Shown: positions 50,588-60,200 of the stretch, piece by piece
Layout: each line of letters begins with the position of its first letter
Position numbering within the stretch: position 1 is the stretch's first letter
Source: Gloeobacterales cyanobacterium
Lineage (GTDB): Bacteria > Cyanobacteriota > Cyanobacteriia > Gloeobacterales > PMM-0068
Assembly (NCBI GenBank): GCA_038245785.1
Contig: JBBRSB010000011.1
Coordinates: 58,189-122,188 of the forward strand
DNA length: 64,000 nt
Direction: 5' to 3'
The notes under the pieces: model-generated
The model's database searches: none
Seen by the model: the letters and a program-made list of their open reading frames with translations, nothing else
Told to the model about the DNA's origin: nothing
Made by a program: the position numbers and the translations under genes

Positions 50588-50683
50588 AGCTGACAAATAC
50601 TTGCCGCTTTTCCTATTCAGCAGGATAGAGCGCTTATGAGTTAAGCTCTGTATAGCGCGGCCCTTTCGAAATGGAACCCTGTC

Positions 50684-50947
50684 ATGCAGTACCCTTTAGT
50701 TTCTAACCCTCTTATTCGTTCCTACAGCGACAAGCCGATTGATCCAGATGAAGTCATGGAGCGGATGGAGACCCTAGTGGAAGCTTCTTCCAATCGCTAT
50801 CGCATCGTGGTACAGATTGCGAATCGGGCCAAGCGCAGACGCTATGAAGAGCTGGACGGCGACCAAGAGATTATGGTCAAGCCCGTGATTCGGACGATCC
50901 TAGAAATGTCGGATGAACTTAACGAACCGGAGATTATCGGAGCTTAA
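50684..50947 (+). CDS. rpoZ: RNA polymerase omega subunit
   Basis: [21 protein letters not shown]...[14 protein letters not shown]. Confidence 0.92.
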   Translation: MQYPLVSNPLIRSYSDKPIDPDEVMERMETLVEASSNRYRIVVQIANRAKRRRYEELDGDQEIMVKPVIRTILEMSDELNEPEIIGA

Positions 50948-52159
50948 ATGTTTGCCGGTCGTCGGGTCCTCGTTGGCGTGAGTGGTGGCATTGCCGCCTA
51001 CAAAGTATGCCAACTTGTTTCCGACCTGGTTAAATCAGGAGCTGAAGTGCGGGCGGTGCTTACCAGTGCCGCCCGCCAGTTTGTTCAGCCCCTGACCTTT
51101 GAAACCTTGTCTCGCCATCGCGCCTATGGGGATGAGGATTTTTGGGCTGCTAGAACGGAGGCAGAGAAACCGCTCCACATTGAGCTGGGTCAATGGGCCG
51201 AACTGCTAGTGCTCGCTCCGCTGACGGCGAATACCTTGGCCAAGTTGACCTTTGGCCTGGCGGATAATCTTTTGAGCAATGTGGTTTTAGCCTCAGACTG
51301 CCCTGTGCTCTTGGCTCCTGCGATGAATACGGTGATGTGGGAACAGGAGGTCGTCCAGCGAAATATTAATCTGTTATCGCAGACGACTCGGTTTCATTGG
51401 AGTGGTCCAGACCAGGGACTTATGGCCTGTGACACGACGGGGATAGGCCGCATGGCAGAAGTGAAAGAACTACTTCCCCACACCGCTTCTTTGCTCTGGA
51501 CGAAAGGCAAAAGAGACCTCAAGGGGAAGCGGGTCTTGATCAGTGCGGGTGGGACGCGAGAATTTCTGGACCCCGTACGCTTTATTGGCAATCCTTCCAC
51601 GGGAAAGATGGGTTTTGCTGTTGCCCGCAGTGCTTTCCATCGAGGGGCGAAGGTGGTGCTTGTCCATGGTCCGACTACAGAATCTTTGCCTTTGGGGGTA
51701 GAAAGTTTGGCCGTCACCAGTGCCCGACAAATGCACGAAGTGCTGCAAAAACGAGCCACTGAGGCAGACTTCATCGTCATGAATGCTGCCGTTGCCGATG
51801 TTCGCCCCCGCACCTATAGCCCTATAAAAACGCCGAAGAAAGAATTACCGCGACAGCTAGATATCGAACCTGTGCCTGATATTCTGCAAGACCTCACCAG
51901 CGAACGGACTTCTGGACAATGCTTCATTGGTTTTGCCGCGCAAACGGGTGATATCGAAGAAGCGGCGGCTGAAAAACTACAGCGTAAAGATTTGGACTTT
52001 CTGATAGCCAATCCTGTTGACCAGGCAGATAGCGGGTTTGGTCAAGAAAACAATCAAGCCATCTTCCTCAGTCGCTCCGGGGGCGGACGGATCATCCCGC
52101 TGGTTTCCAAGCTGGAGCTAGCTCATCGAATGTGGGATTTTGTTCTTCAGAAAACGTGA
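50948..52159 (+). CDS. coaBC: Bifunctional phosphopantothenoylcysteine decarboxylase/ligase
   Basis: GGIAAYK, HIELGQW, APAMNT, GGTREFLDPVRFIGNPSTGKMG, GFAAQT. Confidence 0.97.
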   Translation: MFAGRRVLVGVSGGIAAYKVCQLVSDLVKSGAEVRAVLTSAARQFVQPLTFETLSRHRAYGDEDFWAARTEAEKPLHIELGQWAELLVLAPLTANTLAKLTFGLADNLLSNVVLASDCPVLLAPAMNTVMWEQEVVQRNINLLSQTTRFHWSGPDQGLMACDTTGIGRMAEVKELLPHTASLLWTKGKRDLKGKRVLISAGGTREFLDPVRFIGNPSTGKMGFAVARSAFHRGAKVVLVHGPTTESLPLGVESLAVTSARQMHEVLQKRATEADFIVMNAAVADVRPRTYSPIKTPKKELPRQLDIEPVPDILQDLTSERTSGQCFIGFAAQTGDIEEAAAEKLQRKDLDFLIANPVDQADSGFGQENNQAIFLSRSGGGRIIPLVSKLELAHRMWDFVLQKT

Positions 52160-52167
52160 CAGCATCC

Positions 52168-52236
52168 TATCCAAACGAAAAATCTTATCCAAACAGGGTA
52201 GGAAATTATCTAATTAGGGCAAAAGATTATCCAAAT
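52168..52236 (+). promoter_or_regulatory. Four TATC(C/T)AA direct repeats upstream of the DUF11 operon
   Basis: TATCCAAAC 52168, TATCCAAAC 52186, TATCTAATT 52207, TATCCAAAT 52228 (spacings 18, 21, 21). Confidence 0.55.
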
Positions 52237-52423
52237 AGAGATTAATGGCGCGATGCTTCTACAGCCTGTATTTGAAGCTTGAAATTGCCTGAAGAGGACA
52301 CCTCATTGTCACAGGTTGTCATAGAAAATTCACAAGATACTGACCTGAGCGGGTTATTCCGTCTATATAGCTACGAAAAAATGGGCACTCTAGGGATGTA
52401 ACCAGACGTAAGGCTATAAGCCC

Positions 52424-55036
52424 GTGGCTCTCTCTAAAGCATCCAAGAACACTTCGAGAAATTCCTACAAGCATTTTCTTGCGACGACTTTACTGATCAG
52501 TGGAGCCTTGTCCTTGGCTACTCCCGTATTCGCAGATGGCACGGTGGCAGGGACCGGAATTAGCAACACGGCTACGGCTACCTATACAGACCCAGTAACC
52601 GATCCTACAGGGGCAACTCCGATTCCCGCTACCTCCAACACTGTCCAGATCACGGTTAGTGAAGTGGCTGGTATTACAGTCGTAGCCCAACCTCCGAGCA
52701 ATGCAGCTCCTAACGCAGGCGACACCGTCTACGTCGATTATGTAATTACAAACACGGGTAACGACCCCACCCAATTCTTCATTCCTGGCACGGTCACCTT
52801 CTCCAATACAACAGCCTTTAGTCAAGGAACTATTCAAGTCGTGGCCGTCAATGGTACTGCCATCACTGCGGTGAACGTCCCGGCAGCAGGAGCTTCTACG
52901 AGTACTTTAGGTGTGGGGGCTTCTGGCTCTATCGCCGCCACAGGCAGCATCACGGTTCGTGTGCCGATTACTGTTTCTGGATTGGCTACCGCAACAACTG
53001 CGCTCACGGTTGCTTTAGGAAACACCGCTACCGCTGACCAGCAAAACCAAGCCTCTGTCGCAGGGGGCGTCAATGGTAGTCCTTCTCCAGCGAGAGATTT
53101 GATTACCCAGGATAATCCTACGGCCAGCGGGAGCGGAACTACCCAAGAACTGAATGCAACCGCTCCTGTCAACGGCGAACGTGAAGCAATGGCTACCAGT
53201 ACGGCCATCACCGTAGCGGCTAGACTACAAGCCTTCGTCAGCGTTTTGAAGGCTACGGGTAGCTACACCAACAGTGGAACCCCGAACGCCCTCAGCGATG
53301 ACATCCTGACCTACAACTTGGCCTTGCGCGTTGAGAATCCCGTACCAGGAGCTGGCTTAGTCTCTTCTGACTTGTATGCCACCCAGGTCAATGTAGATGG
53401 AAGCAATGTCAATCGTGTGCTGATCTCGGATGCTATCCCAGCTAATACCCAACTGAGCGCGGCTACACCTACGGCTCCTAGTGGTTGGACACCTGTTTAC
53501 ACCGTAAGCCCCAGCGGGACGAATCCGCTCCAAGCCAACTGGGTCACGGCCCGTCCCGGCGGAACGATCACCCGCGTCGGTTTTATCAACAACGGTCCCA
53601 TTACCAAAGGCACCACGGTCGGCACAACGGGTTCCTTCTTCACCTTTAGCGTCAATCCTACTGCTGGCTTCACCGGCGGTCAGGTAGCGAACCTGGCTCA
53701 GACCTTTGGTCAATCGCAGCCAGGTGCTGTCGTAGCGAATACCGCTACTCAGCTTGTGTACGATGAATCCGGGGACCAAACTTATAACAACGGCTTGATT
53801 GGCACGAACCCCGATCCACTCACTGGGGGCACGGCGGCTGCCTCGGGCGGTATCAGCAACGGAGTCGCCTCTGTGACAGCCGATGGCACGGACACGGGTA
53901 CAGGAACTGACCCTACGAATACAGGGACCACAAACTTAGGCCTAGATACTGGCGTGAATGCTGGTACGAAGCCTGCCGGTGGGGAAGATACCATCTACTC
54001 CATCGCGGCGGTTCCTCTGAATGGCCCCAGTGGACAACCAGGGGCAACAGGTCCGGCAGGCTCAGGGGACACCAACAATGACTTTACCAATCGGTCGCTG
54101 ATTCCACCCGCTGGCCTCAATCCCGCTACAGCCCTGACGGATGCGCAAACTACAGCCGTTACCTTTACGAATACGGTTCAGAACACCAGTGCGGCGTCCC
54201 AGGTTATTGCTCTACTGCCCACGCCTCCTGCCGTTGCAACAGATTTACCCGATAACACCAAAGTCACGATAACAGACCCCATTTCAGGAAATACCGCACT
54301 CTACAACTACACGGCTGCGGGCGGGTTTGCCTTTGTTTCTGGAACTGGAACGACAGCTACGAGCCCGATCAAACTAACTGTTGCCGGAGGAGGAACCGCA
54401 AACTACACCATCACCGTTGACCTCCCGGCTGCTGCTCAGCTTACGGGCTATCCTGTTCCCCTCACTTCCTTTATTGATCAGAACGGTAACGGCCTACCGG
54501 ATACTTCTGAGCCTAATAACAAGACCATTGACCGAGTATACACAGGGTATCTACAGTTGCTCAAGAAGTCTCGTATTCTACAAGGAACGGGGCCTGCCGT
54601 ATCGGCTGCGGATGCGGTTTTGGATGCTAATCCAAAGTCGCCTGCCCCCGGCAATATCATTGAGTATCAGGTTTCTTACCAAAACATCTCACTCCCCGCC
54701 GGATCTGGCACGGGCAATGTGGTTTTGAACGCAGCCAACGTCACCATTACGGAGAATGGAACGATTGGCAGCGGTGGCAATAACTGGGCTCTGGACAATG
54801 CGGCTCCGGCTGGTGTGATTGACACCAGTAATGTTGCAAGTTCAGCCACTGATCCTACGGCTGGTGCAGTGATCACCTTCTTCAGTGGGGCTGGCCCGAA
54901 CCCGGCAGGGGCTGCAACCACGACCACGAGCGGGACTAGCCAAGCAACGGACGTCACTAAATATGTCGATACCGTGGGCACCATCGCTCCTGGTGCTTCC
55001 GTAGGAACCTTCACTTTCCAACGCAAGCTCAACTAA
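52424..55036 (+). CDS. Secreted Thr/Gly/Ala-rich multi-Ig (DUF11-like) surface protein, putative major subunit
   Basis: Signal peptide ending PVFA; N-terminal GTVAGTGISNTATATY; DUF11-like units (GDTVYVDYVITNTGN; VLK..DILTYNL..ISDAIP..ANLAQ; LLKK..PGNIIEYQVSYQN); ends TFTFQRKLN. Confidence 0.85.
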   Translation: MALSKASKNTSRNSYKHFLATTLLISGALSLATPVFADGTVAGTGISNTATATYTDPVTDPTGATPIPATSNTVQITVSEVAGITVVAQPPSNAAPNAGDTVYVDYVITNTGNDPTQFFIPGTVTFSNTTAFSQGTIQVVAVNGTAITAVNVPAAGASTSTLGVGASGSIAATGSITVRVPITVSGLATATTALTVALGNTATADQQNQASVAGGVNGSPSPARDLITQDNPTASGSGTTQELNATAPVNGEREAMATSTAITVAARLQAFVSVLKATGSYTNSGTPNALSDDILTYNLALRVENPVPGAGLVSSDLYATQVNVDGSNVNRVLISDAIPANTQLSAATPTAPSGWTPVYTVSPSGTNPLQANWVTARPGGTITRVGFINNGPITKGTTVGTTGSFFTFSVNPTAGFTGGQVANLAQTFGQSQPGAVVANTATQLVYDESGDQTYNNGLIGTNPDPLTGGTAAASGGISNGVASVTADGTDTGTGTDPTNTGTTNLGLDTGVNAGTKPAGGEDTIYSIAAVPLNGPSGQPGATGPAGSGDTNNDFTNRSLIPPAGLNPATALTDAQTTAVTFTNTVQNTSAASQVIALLPTPPAVATDLPDNTKVTITDPISGNTALYNYTAAGGFAFVSGTGTTATSPIKLTVAGGGTANYTITVDLPAAAQLTGYPVPLTSFIDQNGNGLPDTSEPNNKTIDRVYTGYLQLLKKSRILQGTGPAVSAADAVLDANPKSPAPGNIIEYQVSYQNISLPAGSGTGNVVLNAANVTITENGTIGSGGNNWALDNAAPAGVIDTSNVASSATDPTAGAVITFFSGAGPNPAGAATTTTSGTSQATDVTKYVDTVGTIAPGASVGTFTFQRKLN

Positions 55037-55141
55037 AGGAGATGATTTGGGCATCCTGATTAGAGAGGTGTCCCCAGGTGACCTTTGTGGTACTTCCCTC
55101 TACTTATCTTGTTCTGTCAAACCGCGTAAAGGATATCAATC

Positions 55142-55693
55142 ATGAAGCGTTTATTCATCACTAGTTTTGCTACGGTTGCTCTGATGGTGCCTATGCTCTT
55201 CGGTGCTGCTGCCTTCGCTAAGGATGCTGCGCTTGCTCAAAGTGCTCAAGTCAAACCTCAAGTCCAATTGGTTCTGGCTGCTGAAAAGAAGATTCTGAAG
55301 AAGGACGAAAAGGGCAAGGAGCAGGTGACCTGGCAAGCGCTGGATAGTGGCAAGACCAATGTCCAATCTGGAGATACGGTCCGCTACACCGTGATTGGCA
55401 AAAACATTAGCGATAAGCCTGCCTCGAATTTAGTAATTACTGAGCCTGTGCCCAAGGGTACGGTTTATGTCTTGAACTCCAATGGTATGGAAGGGGCAGC
55501 AAAAGTTACCTACAGCATCGACGGAGCCAAGAACTATGTTGAGAAGCCTATGGTCCAAGTGTCTCTTCCTAACGGCAAAGTAGAGTCTAAACCTGCTCCC
55601 GCAGAAGCTTATACCAATGTCCGTTGGAATTTTGCAAAGAACCTTGGCCCTAAAGCAGCCGTAAAAGCGATGTATGAAGTAAAGGTGCGCTAA
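55142..55693 (+). CDS. Small secreted single-DUF11 protein
   Basis: Signal peptide; SGDTVRYTV, LVITEPVPKGTVYV, YSIDG, YTNVRW, ends MYEVKVR. Confidence 0.85.
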   Translation: MKRLFITSFATVALMVPMLFGAAAFAKDAALAQSAQVKPQVQLVLAAEKKILKKDEKGKEQVTWQALDSGKTNVQSGDTVRYTVIGKNISDKPASNLVITEPVPKGTVYVLNSNGMEGAAKVTYSIDGAKNYVEKPMVQVSLPNGKVESKPAPAEAYTNVRWNFAKNLGPKAAVKAMYEVKVR

Positions 55694-55736
55694 TCCGATC
55701 GATTGGCCCTCTCTTCTTACAGCTAATCATCACCAA

Positions 55737-55761
55737 GTGCCCCCATATTCTGTGGGGGCGC
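55737..55761 (+). other. Intra-operon stem-loop
   Basis: GTGCCCCCATA-TTC-TGTGGGGGCGC, 11-bp stem with G-U pairs, no U-tract. Confidence 0.55.
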
Positions 55762-55774
55762 GGGAGAAGCTGAC

Positions 55775-57271
55775 GTGAAGTGTTTAAGAAGACAAGATTT
55801 AAATCAAGGGAGAAAAAAGCTATTTGCCACAGCTGCTCTCCTGAGCACTGTCTTATCTTTAGTTGGTGCTGCCCAGGCTCAAACGGGTTCTAGATATATT
55901 AACCAAGCTTCTGCTGATTATCAAGATTCCCTTACCGAGACAAACTTTACCACTACGTCGGGTAATCCACTTACTTCCCAACTGGTTGACCCTTTGGGCA
56001 GAATTACAGGCTGTGGAGGAGAAACCTTACCGAATTACGAGGGTTTCAGTGTCGGTCTATATGACACTCCCAATGGCACAGATCTAGGCGCACCCATCCG
56101 TCTGACCCCAACCGAACTGCCGGATATTCCGGGAAATGGCATTCCTGCCGGGAGCTTTCCAAATGGACAAAATAGCAACCCCTATTTTCTCTCTAACAGC
56201 AACCAGGGACGCTATAGCTTTCTTCTGGATGATACAAAGGGTCAATTGGCCCTGGGTCGCACCTACATCATGGTGGTTAATCCAGCCGCTGGCTCGAATT
56301 TCAGACAACGCAGGGTGCTGATTAATATCACAAACCGCGTTGGCAATACCATCAGCTATACGGCCAAAGCCTTAGATGGGGCGGGATTGGCTATAGAGGC
56401 TGGAGACCCGACAGAGACAGGGACTTTGCTCGTAGGTGATGCAGGCTCTGTTGGCTTAACGGTTGCCTTCCAGGGGCTGCAAGCCTGTGTGGGTGACGCT
56501 CCAGCCCTACAAATCACTAAAACAGGAGACCGGGCGGCCGCTGAACCAGGAGACACGGTGGTCTATCGCGTTTCGGTACGCAGTCTGATTAGCACTCCGA
56601 TTACTAATATCGTGCTCACCGATACTCTACCGCTGGGATTTAACTTTTTAGAGAATTCGGTACGGGCACAGGCAGACAATAGTCCTGTCACCGGAGTAAC
56701 CACCCAGCGCAATGGTCCAACGGTCACCTTCACCGTACCCGGTATTCTGCCAGCCGGAAGTACCTTAAATGTAGTCTATGCGGCACTGCTCACCCCCGAT
56801 GCCCTGCGTGGCTCCGGGATAAACTCTGCCATAGTCCAGGGCCAAGGCCCCCGTGGTCTGACTCAAGATGGCCCAGCCACCTATAGAATCCGCGTTCGGG
56901 CAGGCATTTTGTCCGATGGTGGCACCTTGATCGGACGGGTTTTCGTAGACAAGAACTTCGATGGCGAACAACAACCTGGTGAAGCGGGCGTTGCCAATGC
57001 CGTAGTTTTTCTTGAGGATGGCACCCGCATTACCACCGATCCTAACGGTCTATTCTCGGTCGCTAATGTTCTGCCGGGTGCGCACACGGGCGTTTTAGAC
57101 CTCAACAGTCTCCCTGGCTATACCCTCGCGCCCAACTTTCAGTTCATCGAGCGCAATAGCCAATCTCGCTTAGTGCGTATGGCTCCAGGGGGCCTAGCCC
57201 GAATGAATTTTGGGGTGACGCCAATTTTTGGCGCTTCCGGTAGCCAAGGCACAGGAGTCGCTAAGCCATGA
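55775..57271 (+). CDS. Secreted DUF11 + SdrD-B-like protein
   Basis: Signal peptide; YINQASADY; LQITKTGDRAAAEPGDTVVY..LTDTLPLG..GINSAIV; IGRVFVDKNFDGEQQPGEAGV. Confidence 0.85.
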   Translation: MKCLRRQDLNQGRKKLFATAALLSTVLSLVGAAQAQTGSRYINQASADYQDSLTETNFTTTSGNPLTSQLVDPLGRITGCGGETLPNYEGFSVGLYDTPNGTDLGAPIRLTPTELPDIPGNGIPAGSFPNGQNSNPYFLSNSNQGRYSFLLDDTKGQLALGRTYIMVVNPAAGSNFRQRRVLINITNRVGNTISYTAKALDGAGLAIEAGDPTETGTLLVGDAGSVGLTVAFQGLQACVGDAPALQITKTGDRAAAEPGDTVVYRVSVRSLISTPITNIVLTDTLPLGFNFLENSVRAQADNSPVTGVTTQRNGPTVTFTVPGILPAGSTLNVVYAALLTPDALRGSGINSAIVQGQGPRGLTQDGPATYRIRVRAGILSDGGTLIGRVFVDKNFDGEQQPGEAGVANAVVFLEDGTRITTDPNGLFSVANVLPGAHTGVLDLNSLPGYTLAPNFQFIERNSQSRLVRMAPGGLARMNFGVTPIFGASGSQGTGVAKP

Positions 57272-60200
57272 AGCCGGATCTTCTTCTCCAAAGACTGGGA
57301 CTAGTAGGCCTTCTAGCTGGTACGCTGAATGTTTTGGCTTTCACCTTTGCGGTCCAAGCAGAGCCTGAGTCAGTATCCTCGCCAGCGCTTCATTCGCCCG
57401 AAGAGCAGACTACGTCTCCAGCTTCTCCACAGCTTCCACAAGCTCTACAGACGGATCTGCAAATATCCAAGCCTATACTCCCCGATGTGACCGAGGGCCA
57501 GGTGCGTATTCTCACACCCACACCAGAGAATATTCTGGATGTCCCAGCGGCCACGATTACTCTCCAGTTCGTCGAGGGCAGTCCGGTCAACCTCCAGGTT
57601 AATGGCCTATCTGTAAACGATAATCAGATCGGTCGCACTGAGACCAATAAAACGACCAAAGTAGTCACCCAGACCTGGTATGGAGTGACGCTGAATGAAG
57701 GTGAAAATACGATTACCGCTCAAATCAAAGCAGGAGCGGTCGCTAGCACCAAAGTCCAAGTACGGGGCACGCCCAAGCAGCTGAAAGTCCAAGCGGTCAC
57801 CGAGCGCATTCCTGCAGACGGTCGTTCAACTACGGTAATTCGCGGACAACTCTTGGATGCTCAGGGCAATCGTTCCAGCCGTGATGTATTGGTGACCTTG
57901 ACGCCAGAAGCGGGAGAATTCGTTGGGGCCGACTACGATAAAGACAAAGTGGGCTTTCAAGTCCAGGCCCGTCAAGGTCAGTTCGAAGCGACGCTGCGCG
58001 CTAGTCTACAGGCTCAGGTGGCTAAGGTACGCGCAAGCATAGGAGATAGCGAGGCTTCCACTCAGGTCCGATTTGAAACCAACCTCCGTCCTTCCCTGGC
58101 AACGGGCGTGGTAGATGTCCGCTTCGGAGCCAGAGGCACGGATTATTACAGTGGGTTTCGAGAATTTTTGCCTGCCGACCGAAACAATAGCCCGAAATTA
58201 GATCTACGCAGCGCACTTTTTACTACCGGAAAAGTAGGCGAGTGGCTCTTTACCGGAGCCTACAATACTAACCGTGCCCTCAATCAAGACTGCAACGGCA
58301 CGACGCGCTTTTTACGAGATGCCCAGGTCTGTGACCAGCAATATCCCGTCTATGGAGATAGTTCTAGCAGTATTCGGGTGGCCCAATCCCAGGACAGTGT
58401 CTTTCTGCGTCTGGAGCGCAACCAGGACTTCATCACCTGGGCGGACTACGACACCCAAGAATTGGCTACAGCTTCCCAGGAATTTTCAGCCCTGAACCGA
58501 CAGCTTCACGGCTTAAAGCTGAACTACAACGCCGGGAATCTACAGTTCACAGGATTCTATGGCGACAATGTTCAGGGCTTTCAGCGCGATACGATTCCTC
58601 CTGATGGGACCAGTGGTTATTACTTCCTCTCTCGTAGACTGCTAGTGGCAGGTACAGAAAATGTCACCATCGAAACCCAGGAATTCGACCGTCCTGGCAC
58701 CGTCCTAGAGCGCAAAACCCAAACGCGGGGGGTGGATTACGATATTGATTACGACCGTGGCTCGCTGCTATTTCGCCAACCCCTGCTGCGTACGGATGTA
58801 GACGCAAAAACAGGAGTGACCCTGGTTCGCCAACTGGTTGTTACCTATCAGTATGAAAACCAGCAAAATGCCAATATCTATGGTGGGCGGGTTCGCTATC
58901 ACTTCTCGAAAGAGCTGAATCAGGAAAGCTGGCTAGGAGCCACCTACTTTCGAGAAAATCAGGGCGTCCGTAATTTTGAACTTTACGGAGCCGATGCGCT
59001 GATCCCGCTGAGCCCCAAGTTCAAGCTGATTGCGGAATACGCCCGTTCTGCCAATGAGTCTGACCTGTTAGGTCCTGTCTCAGGTTCTGCCTATCGCCTA
59101 GAAGCTAAAGGAGAACTCTTTGGTGGCGTTCAGAGCCGGGTCTATTGGCGTTCTGCCGAAACAGGGTTTGCCAACAACGCCACGATCAGTTTTATCCCTG
59201 GTCAGACCCGCTATGGAACAGAACTGACGGCTCAAGTAGCCCCAACGACCAATCTCCACCTGCAATATGACCATGAAGACAATGTCGGCGTTGTGCCCCA
59301 ACCGCTCAATAACCTGACAGACCTGCTCACGCCCCGCAGCCAAGCTTTACCTGGTAGCGCAATCAATACAGGCTTGACCACGATTACAGCGGGCGTGCAG
59401 CAAAAAATCGGTCCGTCTGAGCTGACGGTGGATTGGCTCAATCGAAATCGCTCGGACCGGAATACAGGACAAGAAAGCATTTCCAGCCAGTTGCGTTCGC
59501 GGCTTGAGCTACCGCTCACCAACAAGCTCACCTTGCGCGCCCAAAATGAACTCAATCTTGGCTCCACCCAGGACGCCGTCTACCCTGACCGCACCACCCT
59601 CGGATTGGAATGGGCAGTTTATCCCGGTGTAAGCATTCAGTTGAATCAGAATTTCATCGCGGGCGGGCAGCTTGGCTCCAATTCGTTCACCAGTTTGGAT
59701 ACTAAGGCCGATTACAAACTGGCAGAAAATACCAGTCTGAACGGACGCTACTCGATTCTGAGTGGTATCAATGGTCTATCTGGCCAGGGTGCGCTCGGTC
59801 TCAATCATCGCTGGGTCGTCTCTCCAGGGCTTAGACTCAATCTTGGCTATGAGCATGTATTTGGCGATGCTTTTACGAATACAGGCGTGGGTCCCCAGTT
59901 CGCCCAGCCCTTCGCCTCTGGCCAAGGGGTCAGCGCCCTAGGCGTGCAAGCAGGAGATAACTACAACCTTGGTTTCGAATATACCGACAGCCCTGACTTC
60001 AAGGCTAGTGCCCGCTATGAGCACCGCTCCAGCGCCGGGGGCACGAACACCGTTATCACGGCAAACGCAACGGGTAAAATCACCCCTTCGTTGACAGCGC
60101 TCTTGCGTTACAACCAGGCAGGGACAGCCAACCAATCCCTGGGAGGGCTAGGCGATACCAGTAGTCTGAAGCTAGGGTTAGCCTACCGCGACCCGAAAGA

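Noticed and set aside
52168..52236. Repeat array as CRISPR
   Set aside because: Repeats of 7-9 bp with 9-12 bp gaps are far too short, and no cas genes are present.
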